Positions 11,688 through 21,733 are shown, counted from the first letter of the stretch. The stretch: 62,145 bases of DNA from Thermoanaerobaculia bacterium (GCA_036271035.1 DATBBK010000063.1:1-62145); one strand, 5' to 3'. Notes: generated from the letters alone by a model not told the origin. Numbers and translations are program-made.

Positions 11688-12950
11688 CTAGAGAATCGGC
11701 GCCATCCTCCGGGCCAGCGCGTCGAACGAACGGTGCCAGCCGGACCGCTTTCGCCATGGAAGCTTCAGGATCTCGTCGCTCGACGCGAGGTCCTTCTCGA
11801 ACCGACCCTCCATGACCGCCGCCGTCGCGGCGTCGCGGACGACGAAGTTGCACTCGGCGTTGAGCTCGAACGAGCGGAAGTCGTAGTTGCTGGAGCCGAT
11901 CACCGAGAACAGCCCGTCAGCGACCATCGTCTTCGCGTGAAGGACGGCGGCCTGGTACTCGAAGATCCGGACCCCGGCCGCGAGAAGCGACGCGTAGAAG
12001 CCGTGGCCGGCGTGGCGGACGAGCGTCACGTCGGTCTTCCCTGGGAGGATCATCCGGACGTCGACGCCGCGGCGCGCCGCCCGCCCGAGATACCGCGCGG
12101 CGCGCGTGCGCGGCGCGAAGTAGGCCATCGTGATCCAGATGCGCCGCCGCGCTCCGGCCACGATCGCGGACAGGACCGAGGCCGTCTCGACCGACCCGCG
12201 GCCGGGTCGCGAGTCGAGGATCATGACGCGCGCGCCCGGCGCTCCGAGGTCCTCCTCGGCCTCCTGGATGCCGATGCGCTCTCCGCCGGCGCGCAGCCAG
12301 CTCTCCTCGAAGACGAGCGCCATCTCGCGGGCCGCGGGCCCCTCGACGCACGCGTGCGTGTCGCGCCATCCGCCCGGGCGCGGCTTCGCGGACGGGCTCG
12401 ACGCCCCGTACTCCTCGCCGATGTTCATGCCCCCCGTGAACGCGACGCGGCGATCCGCCACGAGGATCTTGCGGTGGTCGCGGAACATGAGCCATCGCGG
12501 CGGAAACCCGATCGGGTGGAAGAGCCGAGCCTGGACGCCGCTCTCGCGCATCCATCCCCAGAACCGGCGCTTCGTCTCAAACGAGCCGAACCCGTCGGCG
12601 AGGACGCGGACCCGGACGCCGCGGAGCGCCGCGTCGCACAGCTCACGCGCGAACGCATCGCCGGTTGCGTCGTCCTTGAAGATGTAGGACTCGAGGAGCA
12701 CTTCCTCCCGCGCGGCGCGGACGGCCGAGAGCATCGCGCCGAACGCGTCGTCGCCGCGGAAGAACACCTCGACCCGGTTGCCGGGATGGAACGTTCCCTC
12801 GTCGATGCGCGAGAGGAGCTCGACGAACGCCGGATCCGCGAGCCCGCCCGGCAGCGCCGCCGCCGCGGCGGCCGCGGCCGAAGGCCGGAGCGATCGCGGC
12901 ACGGTGCGGTCGGCTCGGGGGCGGAGGACGGGCCGCCAGAGACGTCGCAC
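11688..12950 (-). CDS. cls: cardiolipin synthase / phospholipase D family protein
   Basis: Two HKD motifs (HRKILVAD...; HAKTMVADG...GSSNYD). Confidence 0.88.
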   Translation of the reverse strand: MRRLWRPVLRPRADRTVPRSLRPSAAAAAAAALPGGLADPAFVELLSRIDEGTFHPGNRVEVFFRGDDAFGAMLSAVRAAREEVLLESYIFKDDATGDAFARELCDAALRGVRVRVLADGFGSFETKRRFWGWMRESGVQARLFHPIGFPPRWLMFRDHRKILVADRRVAFTGGMNIGEEYGASSPSAKPRPGGWRDTHACVEGPAAREMALVFEESWLRAGGERIGIQEAEEDLGAPGARVMILDSRPGRGSVETASVLSAIVAGARRRIWITMAYFAPRTRAARYLGRAARRGVDVRMILPGKTDVTLVRHAGHGFYASLLAAGVRIFEYQAAVLHAKTMVADGLFSVIGSSNYDFRSFELNAECNFVVRDAATAAVMEGRFEKDLASSDEILKLPWRKRSGWHRSFDALARRMAPIL

Positions 12951-12966
12951 CGGTGTCAGCCGTGGA

Positions 12967-14091
12967 TCAGAGGGCGGCGGCCTGAGCCGGTCCGCGGACC
13001 GCGGTCTCCGCGCGGCGGCGCCCCTTCTCGACCGCGCAGCGCGCGATCGGGAACCAGAGCGTCTTCCACAGCCGGGGCGCGTAGAACCCGCGCAGCCATT
13101 CCCTCGCGTCGGACGCGCGCGCGATGCGCCGTAACAGCCGCGCGTAGCCCGAGTCGCCGAGCTTCTCGTAGAAGTAGCGGTTGACCACGGAGGCGCGGAG
13201 GATCCCCGCGAAGCGGCCGCGAAGCTTGCGATCGTATTCGCCGTGCGTTCGGTCGAGGACGGCGCGCGCGGCCATGTGCCCCGAGACGAGCGCGAACCGC
13301 ATCCCGAATCCCCAGAGCGCGTCCTGGAGTCCCGCCGCCTCGCCCGCGTAGAGCGTGCGGCCGACGCGCGCGATCGGCGACGAGCGCACGTTGCCCGTGC
13401 CGGCGAAGGCCCGGGCCTCGCGCATCCGGAGCCCCGCCCGCCGCTCGAAGAACTCTCTCGCGGCCTCGCGGTACTCCCGCGCGCGGCCGTAGTCGTCGAA
13501 CATGCACGAGGCGACCGTGCCCCAGCCCCGGCACGCCATCATGTACGCGTAGCCCTTCGGCGCGAGCCTCTCCGAGAGCACCGCGAAGACGCCGTCGGGC
13601 ATGTCCGTCCGGAAGACGTAGCCGACGTCCAGCGCGTCACACCGGTTCGGTCCCGGAGTCCGGATCGCCTCCTGCAGCGCCGCGCCGGGCGCCTGGGCGA
13701 ACCGGATTTGCACGCCGGCGGCGAGCGCCTGAGCCTTGAGCTCCTGATCCAGCGTGCCCGACCCGGAGCCGCGCCGCACGAGGTAGAAGGCGGGGCGCTC
13801 GGACCTCACCAAGCTCTCGCGTCCGTCCGCGTCGAAGAAGACGCCCTCGCGGATCGCCGACCACTCGAACGTCGGCGCGATGCCCATGCCCTCGAGCTCC
13901 TCGAGCACGTCGACGGGTGTCGTCCAGTTCTCGAGGCCCTGGAGGTCGCCGTGGAATCGGTCGCCGCAGTCGGAGCGGCGCTCGTAGACCGTGACCTCGC
14001 GTCCCGCGCGCGCGGCGGTCAGCGCGGCGGAGAGACCCGCCGGGCCGGCGCCCACGATCTCGACCGCGCCGCGCGCCGCTCGCTCAGGCAT
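12967..14091 (-). CDS. FAD-dependent oxidoreductase (geranylgeranyl reductase-like)
   Basis: Dinucleotide fold VEIVGAGPAGLSAALTAARAGREVTVYERR. 374 aa. Confidence 0.75.
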   Translation of the reverse strand: MPERAARGAVEIVGAGPAGLSAALTAARAGREVTVYERRSDCGDRFHGDLQGLENWTTPVDVLEELEGMGIAPTFEWSAIREGVFFDADGRESLVRSERPAFYLVRRGSGSGTLDQELKAQALAAGVQIRFAQAPGAALQEAIRTPGPNRCDALDVGYVFRTDMPDGVFAVLSERLAPKGYAYMMACRGWGTVASCMFDDYGRAREYREAAREFFERRAGLRMREARAFAGTGNVRSSPIARVGRTLYAGEAAGLQDALWGFGMRFALVSGHMAARAVLDRTHGEYDRKLRGRFAGILRASVVNRYFYEKLGDSGYARLLRRIARASDAREWLRGFYAPRLWKTLWFPIARCAVEKGRRRAETAVRGPAQAAAL

Positions 14092-14935
14092 GGCCCGCCG
14101 TCGAGAGGCACACCACGTCGCCTCCCTGCTCCACCTGGATCGTGGCGTGGTCGACGCCCGCGCGCTCGAGCAGCAGCCGCTGGACGCGCGGCAGCAGCTC
14201 GTCGCGCGAGGCGCCGGCGGCCGCGAGGATGTGCACGCTCGCCGAGTGGAGGCCCGACGTCAGCGTCCAGAAGTGGAGGTCGTGGACCGCGGCGACGCCG
14301 GGAAGGCCGCAGAGCGCCGCGCGGACCGACGCGACGTCGATCTCCGGCGGCGCGCCTTCCAGCAGGATGTGCGCCGCGTCGCGCAGGATCCCGATGCCGC
14401 GCGGCAGGATGAAGAGGGCGATCGCGGCCGACAGGATCGGGTCGAGGGCGTACCAGCCGGTGCGCGAGATCACGAGCGCGGCGACGATGACCGCGAGCGA
14501 GGAAAAGGCGTCGGTCGCCACCTCCAAGTAGGCGGCGCGCATCCCGAGGCTCTCGTGATGGCCGTGGCGCAGCATGAGAGCCGCCGTCACGTTGACGGCC
14601 AAACCCACCGCCGCGACGCCGAGCATGAGCCCCGTGTGCACCGGCCCGGGCGCCCGGAAGCGCCGCCAGGCCTCGACGAGAATCGCGGCCGAACCGACCA
14701 GCAGCAGCTGCGCGTTCACGAAGGCCGCGAGCACCTCCGCCCGCGCGAGACCGAACGTGTGCTTCCCCGTCGGCGCGCGGCCGCCGAGCGCGAGACCGGC
14801 GTAGGCGAGCGTCAGCGCGGCCACGTCCATGAACATGTGGGCCGCGTCGGCGACGAGCGCGAGGCTTCCGGACAGCACGCCGCCGACCGCCTCGACGAGG
14901 AGGACGCCGACGGTGAGGACGAGGACGATGCGCAT
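14084..14935 (-). CDS. cation diffusion facilitator family metal exporter (CzcD-like)
   Basis: Internal start MRIVLVLTVGVLLVEAVGG...SLALVADAAHMFMDV... with typical CDF TM2/TM5 metal-site motifs. The upstream part of the track ORF is Arg-rich read-through. Confidence 0.85.
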   Translation of the reverse strand: MRIVLVLTVGVLLVEAVGGVLSGSLALVADAAHMFMDVAALTLAYAGLALGGRAPTGKHTFGLARAEVLAAFVNAQLLLVGSAAILVEAWRRFRAPGPVHTGLMLGVAAVGLAVNVTAALMLRHGHHESLGMRAAYLEVATDAFSSLAVIVAALVISRTGWYALDPILSAAIALFILPRGIGILRDAAHILLEGAPPEIDVASVRAALCGLPGVAAVHDLHFWTLTSGLHSASVHILAAAGASRDELLPRVQRLLLERAGVDHATIQVEQGGDVVCLSTAGHA

Positions 14936-15009
14936 GCGCGAGAGACGCGCCGCGCGATCGGAGGCCCGGCGGCCGTCGTGAAAGTCCGCCGGAACCGACG
15001 CCGCTTCGG

Positions 15010-17124
15010 TCACGGGATCCCCGCCGGCTCGACCTCCACGCGCGCGTCGTTGAAGCAGGCGCCGCCGCCGAGGTCCGTGAGCGTGTCGGGCGCGAGCGCG
15101 TTGGCGGTCGTGCCGCTGTCCGTGTTGTGGCTCCAGATCCCCTTGGGCATGAACGCGACGCCGGGCCGCAGGTCGGGGTCGATTCGCGCCCGGCAGCGAA
15201 CCGAACCGAGGTCGTTGAAGACGCGGACCCGCATGCCGTCGCCGATCCCGCGCGCGGCGGCGTCGTCCGGGTGGAGCGAGAGCGGAACCGGCGCGGAATG
15301 GAGCTCGCCCAGCGTGGAGCTGATCGTCCGGTCGGTGCCCGGCGAGATGAGCGCGAGCGGATGGCGGGCGTCGCCGCCGCCGGGATCCGGCGCGTAGTGG
15401 TAGAGCCCGCCGGGGCACTCGCGATCGAGCTCCTCGGGGACGAGGTCCACGCGGCGGTCCGGCGTGTTCGGGAACGCGTCGACGAACTGGACCGGGGTCG
15501 CGCCCTCCAGCGGGAAGGCGGCGCCGCGGGCGGCGATCTCCCGCCGCAGCTCTCCGGCGCGCGCGCTCGTCGCGAGGATCGCGTCCGCGATCTCCTCCGC
15601 CGTCTCCGGCTCGCCGGAACGGGCGACGCCGGTGCGGCGGCAGAGCTCGCCGAACACGTCGTGGTTCGCGCGAGCCTCCCCCGCGGGGCGCGCCGCCGGC
15701 GGCGCCAGCTGGAGGACGAGCGCGCCGTAGCCGCGCGACATCTCCGTCCTCTCGAGGAAGGTCGCGGCCGGCAGCACGACGTCGGCGTAGCGCGCCGTGT
15801 CGGTCATGATCGGGTCGAAGACGACCGTGAAGAGGTCCTCGCGCCGCAGCCCGCGCTCGACGAGGTCCTGGTTCGGCAGCGTCATGACCGGATTGCAGTT
15901 GTAGACGAAGAGCAGATCGACGTTGCCGGCACTTTGCGTCGCGCCCGCAGCCGTTTCCGCCGCGTCCGCGGCGCGTCCATTTTGCGCGGCGTTTGCGCCG
16001 CGACCCCGCTTCACGAGCGCGTCGCCGACGCGGTTCATGTTGATCTCGCGGGTGGCCGGCGCCGCCTCGCCCACCGCGGCCATTCCGTCGAGCTCGCGCC
16101 AGGCCGGCGAGTTGCTGTTGGTGTAGCCGCCGCCGCGCACGCCGAACTTGCCGGCGACGGCGGGCAGCGCCAGGATCGCCGCAGTCGCGGAGCCGCCGTT
16201 GCGGTTGCGCTCCTGGCCCCAGCCGCAGCGGATCGCCGCGGGAGAGGCATCGGCGTACATGCGCGCGAACGTCTCCAGCTCCGCCGCCTCGACGCCCGCC
16301 TCCGCGGCCGCCCGCTCGATCGTCCAGGGCGCCGCGCGTCGCTCGAGCTCATCCGCGCCGCGCGCGTGCGCCGCGAGGAACGCCCGGTCCGCGCGGCCGT
16401 TGGCGAAGAGCCAGCGGATGACGCCGAGCGCGACGGGCAGGTCGGCGCCCGGACGGACCGGCAGATGCAGATCGGCGCGCGCCGCGAGCCGGGTTCGCCG
16501 CGGGTCGATCACGACGAGGCGGGCGCCGCGCTTCTGCGCCTGCTGGACGTAGGGAACGAGGTGGATGCTCGACACCGAGGGATTGACGCCCCAGAGGACG
16601 ATCAGGTTGGCGTGGACGTAGTCCTGCGGCGCGACGCCGGTCATCTTCCCGTAGAGGCCGGACGCCGCGCGCGCCGTCGGAGCCGCGCACACCGTTCGCG
16701 CGAGACGCGAGGCGCCGAGGCGATAGAAGAGGCGCGCGTCGGTTGTGTCCTGCGAGACGTAGCCGTTCGACCCGCCGTACGAGACCGGCAGGATCGCCTC
16801 GCCGCCGGAGCGCGCGCGCGTCTCGAGCAGCCGCGCGGCGACCAGGCCGAGCGCCTCGTCCCACGTCGCGTCGCGGAAGCGCCCCTCACCCTTCGCGCCG
16901 GTGCGGATCCCCGGCCTCAGGAGGCGCGCCGGACCGTACATGTGCTCGGGGAGCCGCCGGACCTTCGCGCAGATGTAGCCGTCCGTGATCGGGTTGACGC
17001 GGGATCCGCCGACCTCGATGACGCGCCCCTCCTGGACGGTCACGTCGAGGCTGCACGCGTCCGGACAGTCGAGCGGGCAGGCGCTCGCGACGTGACGCGG
17101 CTCCGAGGCGGGTGGGCCGCTCAT
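15010..17124 (-). CDS. molybdopterin-dependent oxidoreductase (MopB superfamily, N-terminal 4Fe-4S)
   Basis: Start MSGPPASEPRHVASACPLDCPDACSL (Cys cluster). Molybdopterin and dinucleotide-binding domains. ATG 17122-17124 overlaps the stop of the upstream M1 peptidase gene (ATGA). Confidence 0.85.
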   Translation of the reverse strand: MSGPPASEPRHVASACPLDCPDACSLDVTVQEGRVIEVGGSRVNPITDGYICAKVRRLPEHMYGPARLLRPGIRTGAKGEGRFRDATWDEALGLVAARLLETRARSGGEAILPVSYGGSNGYVSQDTTDARLFYRLGASRLARTVCAAPTARAASGLYGKMTGVAPQDYVHANLIVLWGVNPSVSSIHLVPYVQQAQKRGARLVVIDPRRTRLAARADLHLPVRPGADLPVALGVIRWLFANGRADRAFLAAHARGADELERRAAPWTIERAAAEAGVEAAELETFARMYADASPAAIRCGWGQERNRNGGSATAAILALPAVAGKFGVRGGGYTNSNSPAWRELDGMAAVGEAAPATREINMNRVGDALVKRGRGANAAQNGRAADAAETAAGATQSAGNVDLLFVYNCNPVMTLPNQDLVERGLRREDLFTVVFDPIMTDTARYADVVLPAATFLERTEMSRGYGALVLQLAPPAARPAGEARANHDVFGELCRRTGVARSGEPETAEEIADAILATSARAGELRREIAARGAAFPLEGATPVQFVDAFPNTPDRRVDLVPEELDRECPGGLYHYAPDPGGGDARHPLALISPGTDRTISSTLGELHSAPVPLSLHPDDAAARGIGDGMRVRVFNDLGSVRCRARIDPDLRPGVAFMPKGIWSHNTDSGTTANALAPDTLTDLGGGACFNDARVEVEPAGIP

Positions 17125-18923
17125 CCGGGCCGACCGACGATGCGGTCCATCGTGTCCACCGCAATGGGATGGTATCCCGGCCGCGCGCGCGCATAGATGG
17201 CGCGGGCTCGCGCGTGGCCCTCCGGCGTCTTCACGAGCTCCTCGTAGAGCGGCTTGATGTACTTGCGCCGGCCGATCGACACCAGGAACTCCTCGAGCCG
17301 GCCGTTCGCCGGGGCGTAGCCCGAGCGGAGCGACATGAGGAGCCACTGGAAGGCGACCTCGTTGTTGCGCGACTCCGTGAGCCCGAGCGCGCGGTCGAGC
17401 TCGGCCATCCGCGCGGCCGGCAGCGGGCTCGGCAACCGGCGCAGGAACTGGATCCGCTGCTGCGTGCTCCAGCCCGCGAACGGAAGCGCGTCGGACGCCA
17501 CGCGCCCGCCGGTCCATTCCTCCGCCACGCGCGCGACGGCGTCGAGGGCGGCGGATACCGGTTGCGGCGCCTCCGCCGGAAGGGCCGGCGCCTCGATCCA
17601 CGCCTCGAGCGGAACGGCCTTCGCCCGGCCCGCGTCGGTCGCGAACAGATTCGCGCGCAGATCGTCGAGGAAGTCCTCCGTGAGGATGCTGCGGAACGCG
17701 AACCGGTCGAAGTAGCCGCGCAGATATGCGTCGAACCGCTCGCGGCCGAATAGCTCCTCGAGCGAGCGCAGGAAGAGAGAGCCCTTCTCGTACGGCAGCC
17801 GCGTGGCGCCGTCGTCCGGGTCGCGCCCGGTGAGGTCGATGTGAAGGATCTCGTCGCGGTCCTCGAGACGCTCGAGCTCGTCCTCGAGGTCCTGACGGCC
17901 GAGGACCGCCTCCATCGTCGCGGCGTCGCGGCCGTAGACCTCCTCGACGAGCCGCCGCTCGAGATAAGTCGTGAAGCCCTCGTTCAGCCAGAAGTCGCGC
18001 CATGTCGCGTTCGTGACCAGGTTCCCGGACCATGAGTGCGCGAGCTCGTGCGCGATGAGCGACACGAGGCTCTTGTCGCCGGCGAGGACCGTCGGCGTGG
18101 CGAAGGTCAGCCGCGGGTTCTCCATCCCGCCGAACGGGAAGCTCGGCGGCAGCACGAGGATGTCGTAGCGCTCCCAGCGGTACGGCCCGTAGAGCCGCTC
18201 CGCCGCCTCCATCATCTTCTCCGTGTCCTCGAACTCGCGGGCGGCGGCGCCGACGACGGAGGGCTCCGCGTAGACGCCGGTGCGCCGGCTCATCGGCGCG
18301 AACCCGATGTCGCCCGCCGCGATCGCGAGCAGATACGCGGGGATGGGCTGCGGCATCGTGAAGCGATACTCGCCGCCGCGGCGTCCCTCGGGATTGCCGC
18401 CGGCGCTCATGACCGCGGCGAGCTCGGGCGGCGTGCGCACGCGCGCCTCATAGGTCAGGCGGACCTGCGGTGTGTCCTGGATCGGGATCCAGCTGCGCGC
18501 GTGAATGGCCTGCGACTGGGAGAAGAGGAACGGATGGCGGCGGCCCGCCGTCTGCGCCGGCTCGAGCCACTGGAGCCCGGACGCGGTCGGCCGCGTCGCG
18601 TAGGTGATCCGGACGCGGTCGTCGCCCGGCCGCAGGGCGACCGTCAGGGGCGCGCCGAGGATGGCGTCGGCGTCGCCGAGCTCGAAGGCCGCGTCGCTCC
18701 AGCCGCCTCCGCCGGACGAGGACTCCGCGCGCGTGACGTCGAGGCCGCGCGTGTCGAGCCTCAGCGAGCGGGCGTTCGGGCTCGGATCGACGCGCGCGAG
18801 CGCGAGCTCGGCGGTGCCGCGGAGGATGCGTCTGTCGAAGAGGACATCGAGATCCAGCGCCGCGTGAGAGACGCGGACCTCACCGGGGTTCGCGTAGGAG
18901 TGCACGTCGCGGATCGGCCGCAT
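17121..18923 (-). CDS. M1 family zinc aminopeptidase (leukotriene A4 hydrolase-like)
   Basis: Contains GGMENP, HELAHSWSGN and an NEGFTTY...E zinc site. 600 aa. Confidence 0.92.
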   Translation of the reverse strand: MRPIRDVHSYANPGEVRVSHAALDLDVLFDRRILRGTAELALARVDPSPNARSLRLDTRGLDVTRAESSSGGGGWSDAAFELGDADAILGAPLTVALRPGDDRVRITYATRPTASGLQWLEPAQTAGRRHPFLFSQSQAIHARSWIPIQDTPQVRLTYEARVRTPPELAAVMSAGGNPEGRRGGEYRFTMPQPIPAYLLAIAAGDIGFAPMSRRTGVYAEPSVVGAAAREFEDTEKMMEAAERLYGPYRWERYDILVLPPSFPFGGMENPRLTFATPTVLAGDKSLVSLIAHELAHSWSGNLVTNATWRDFWLNEGFTTYLERRLVEEVYGRDAATMEAVLGRQDLEDELERLEDRDEILHIDLTGRDPDDGATRLPYEKGSLFLRSLEELFGRERFDAYLRGYFDRFAFRSILTEDFLDDLRANLFATDAGRAKAVPLEAWIEAPALPAEAPQPVSAALDAVARVAEEWTGGRVASDALPFAGWSTQQRIQFLRRLPSPLPAARMAELDRALGLTESRNNEVAFQWLLMSLRSGYAPANGRLEEFLVSIGRRKYIKPLYEELVKTPEGHARARAIYARARPGYHPIAVDTMDRIVGRPG

Positions 18924-19043
18924 GGCGCGAGGAGATTAGCACCGGCCGCGCTCGAGGCGGCCATCGGAGGCGGGAACGCCGGAGGCGAATCCGGATCCGT
19001 CGAGAGGCGCGGGCCGAATGCCTCGATTTCGGTGTCGAAACGC

Positions 19044-19072
19044 AAAAAAAATGGGCGCGCCGAAGCGCGCCC
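19044..19072 (-). terminator. Rho-independent terminator of the small secreted-protein gene
   Basis: On the minus strand: GGGCGCGC-TTCG-GCGCGCCC followed by a run of 8 T, about 27 nt after the stop. Confidence 0.8.
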
Positions 19073-19098
19073 GAAAGGGATACGCGAGGTTCGACGTC

Positions 19099-19323
19099 TT
19101 ACTTGCCGGGCGTCGGCTTGGGCGCCGGCGCCGTCTGCGTGGTCGACTTGTGCGACTTGCTGGTGTGGTGATGCTTCTTCGCCTTCGGCGTGGTCGAGGC
19201 CGCGGCGCCCGACGACGTCGCCGTCGACGGAGCCATGGTCGGCTTCGGCGCGGGCGCGGAGGTCTGCGCCGCCACCACCACCGGCAGACCGAACGCGAGC
19301 GCGAGACTGACGAGCTTCTTCAT
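19099..19323 (-). CDS. small secreted low-complexity protein (Pro/Thr/Ala/Lys-rich with a KKHHHTSKSHKS patch)
   Basis: MKKLVSLALAFGLPVVVAAQ signal peptide, SD GGGGAG, its own canonical terminator. 74 aa. Confidence 0.7.
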   Translation of the reverse strand: MKKLVSLALAFGLPVVVAAQTSAPAPKPTMAPSTATSSGAAASTTPKAKKHHHTSKSHKSTTQTAPAPKPTPGK

Positions 19324-19486
19324 TTCCGTTACTCCCCTTTTCGCGATGCCCTTTGCATCGTGAGTTCCAGGGTCAACGTACGCTCGCCCCCATGAACCGA
19401 ACATGAACGGTAGTCACGAAAGGCGCCGATGGCGCGCGCGGCTAGAATTCCCTGATCCGCTTCGGCAAGACCGACGAGGAGGCACC

Positions 19487-21658
19487 ATGAGCCGAGGATC
19501 CATTCACGCGTCGCTCGCAGCCGCGGGACTGCTGGTCGGCATCGCCGCCGGCGCGCTCGGCGTTCCCCAGGCGTCGCCGTCCGCCCCCCCGGCGTCCGAC
19601 AAGCGACCCGTGACCGACACGTACCACGGCGTCGCGGTGCGCGACGACTACCGTTGGCTCGAGGACCCGTCGGAGCCCGAGGTCAGGGCGTGGAGCGACG
19701 CCCAGAACGCGTACGCGAGGGGGATCCTGGACCGCCTCCCTTCCGTCACGGCCCTGCGCGCCCGCCTGAAGGCGATCGCGAGCACGCCGTCGCCTTCCTG
19801 GTCCGCGCTCGTGCGGCGCGGCGACGGGTGGTTCGCCCTGAAGAGCGAGCCGCCGAAGCAGCAGCCGTTCATCGTGCGGGTGTCCGTCGCGGCGGATCCC
19901 GCCTCCGAGCGGATCGTCGTCGACCCGAACGCGCTCGACCCGACCGGCGGGACGGAGATCGACTGGTTCATCCCCTCCGTCGACGGACGCCTCGTCGCCG
20001 TCTCACTCTCGAAGGGCGGCAGCGAGGCGGGCGACGTGCACGTGTTCGACGCCCAGACCGGCCGCCCGCTCGCCGACGTCATCCCGCGAGTCAACGGCGG
20101 CACGGCGGGCGGCGGCCTCGCGTGGAATGACGACGGCAGCGGATTCGTCTACACGCGCTATCCGCGCGGGCACGAGCGGAGCGGACAGGACGTCGACTTC
20201 TACCAGCAGGTCTTCATGCACCGCCTCGGCACGCCGACGGAGTCCGACTCGTACGAGACCGGCAAGGATTTCCCGCGCATCGCCGAGACGACGCTGCATC
20301 AGTCCGACGACGGGCGGTACGTGCTTGCGACCGTGAAGAACGGCGACGGCGGCGAGGCATCGCAGTACCTCCGCGCGCCGGATGGCGCGTGGTCCCGAAT
20401 CTCGGCCGACGAGGACCGCGCCATCACCGGTCGCTTTGCGCCCGACGGCTCGCTCGAGCTGATCTCGCGCAAGGACGCGCCGCGCGGCCGGATCCTGCGG
20501 CTGGCGCCCGGCTCGAGCGACCTCTCCCGCGCTTCGGTCCTCGTCGAGCAGGGCCCGGACTCGATCGACGACTTCTGCCCGACCGCCGGAACGCTCTACG
20601 TCGCCTACATCGTCGGTGGGCCGTCGCGCGTCCGCGTCTTCTCCGCGGACGGCGCGCCGAGGGGCGAGGTGCCGCTTCTCCCCGACTCGTCGGTCTCGGA
20701 GATCGTGTGGGCCGGCGGCGACGAGATCCTCTTCGACAACCAGAGCTACACCGAGCCGCCCTCCTGGTACCGGACGGGTCCGGCCGGCCGCCCCGTGCGC
20801 ACCGGCCTGCGGCAGACCGCGGCCGCCGACTTCTCCGACGTCGAGGTCAGCCGCGAGATGGCCGCCTCGAAGGACGGCACGAAGGTTCCCGTGGACGTGC
20901 TCCGGCGCAAGGGCGCGCCCCGCGACGGCAACAACCCGACGGTCCTCTACGGATACGGCGGCTACAGCATCAGCCAGCGTCCCAGCTACAACGCGCTTCG
21001 GAAGGCGTGGCTCGAGCAGGGCGGCATCTACGCGTTCGCCGGAATCCGCGGCGGCGCCGAGTACGGCGACGACTGGCACCAGGCCGGGAAGCTGCTGCGG
21101 AAGCAGAACGTGTTCGACGACTTCGCCGCGGCCGCCCGGCAGCTGATCGCCTCGAAGTGGACGCGCCCCGCGCGGCTCGCGATCGAGGGCTGGTCGAACG
21201 GAGGGCTCCTCGTCGGCGCGTCCTTCACGCAGCACCCGGAGCTGTTCGGAGCGGTCATCTCCCACGTCGGCATCTACGACATGCTGCGCTGGGAGCGCTC
21301 GTCGAACGGCGCGTTCAACGTCACCGAGTTCGGCAGCGTGGAGGATCCGGCGCAGTTCCGCTACCTGTATGCGTACTCGCCGTACCATCACGTCGCCGAC
21401 GGCGCGGCGTACCCGCCGATCCTCTTCCTCACGGGCGCGAACGACCCACGCGTGGATCCCATGCACTCGCGCAAGATGGCGGCGCGCCTGCAAGCGGCGA
21501 CGAACGGCAAGACGCCGGTCCTGCTGCGGACGAGCGCCAGCTCCGGCCATGGCTTCGGCAGCTCGCTCGACGAGAAGATCGGCGAGACGCTGGACGTCGA
21601 CGCGTTCCTGCTCGACCGGCTGGGGGTGACCTACAAGCCCGTGAACGTGAAGCCGTGA
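19487..21658 (+). CDS. prolyl oligopeptidase family serine peptidase (S9A)
   Basis: ATG 19487 preceded by GAGGAGG. Signal peptide and beta-propeller followed by an alpha/beta hydrolase domain with EGWSNGGLL (GxSxGG) and a C-terminal His. Confidence 0.9.
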   Translation: MSRGSIHASLAAAGLLVGIAAGALGVPQASPSAPPASDKRPVTDTYHGVAVRDDYRWLEDPSEPEVRAWSDAQNAYARGILDRLPSVTALRARLKAIASTPSPSWSALVRRGDGWFALKSEPPKQQPFIVRVSVAADPASERIVVDPNALDPTGGTEIDWFIPSVDGRLVAVSLSKGGSEAGDVHVFDAQTGRPLADVIPRVNGGTAGGGLAWNDDGSGFVYTRYPRGHERSGQDVDFYQQVFMHRLGTPTESDSYETGKDFPRIAETTLHQSDDGRYVLATVKNGDGGEASQYLRAPDGAWSRISADEDRAITGRFAPDGSLELISRKDAPRGRILRLAPGSSDLSRASVLVEQGPDSIDDFCPTAGTLYVAYIVGGPSRVRVFSADGAPRGEVPLLPDSSVSEIVWAGGDEILFDNQSYTEPPSWYRTGPAGRPVRTGLRQTAAADFSDVEVSREMAASKDGTKVPVDVLRRKGAPRDGNNPTVLYGYGGYSISQRPSYNALRKAWLEQGGIYAFAGIRGGAEYGDDWHQAGKLLRKQNVFDDFAAAARQLIASKWTRPARLAIEGWSNGGLLVGASFTQHPELFGAVISHVGIYDMLRWERSSNGAFNVTEFGSVEDPAQFRYLYAYSPYHHVADGAAYPPILFLTGANDPRVDPMHSRKMAARLQAATNGKTPVLLRTSASSGHGFGSSLDEKIGETLDVDAFLLDRLGVTYKPVNVKP

Positions 21659-21661
21659 GCG

Positions 21662-21690
21662 GTCGATATATTAGCCAACGCTAATACGTC
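21662..21690 (+). repeat. AT-rich hairpin/palindrome, copy A (GTCGATATATTAGC-CAAC-GCTAATACGTC)
   Basis: 7-bp arms TATTAGC/GCTAATA with a 4-nt spacer. Flanks conserved with the copies at 38555 and 39922. Confidence 0.75.
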
Positions 21691-21733
21691 CGCACGAGAG
21701 GCCGGGAGAGCGACGACCGGGCAGCCTATTGCG

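Noticed and set aside
17121-17124. ATGA coupling of the M1 aminopeptidase with the molybdopterin oxidoreductase as a functional system.
   Set aside because: Four-nt overlaps are pervasive in this window, between many functionally unrelated neighbours. Coupling alone is not evidence of a shared pathway.
17125-18033. N-terminal extensions of track ORFs into upstream genes (15010..18033, 25282..28056, 35951..38350, 51360..53090, 54231..56621, 31477..32703, 32070..33653, 14084..15418).
   Set aside because: The extensions are Arg-rich read-through that overlaps bona fide genes in another frame. Internal starts coincide with 4-nt stop/start overlaps or SD motifs and with the known N-termini of the families.
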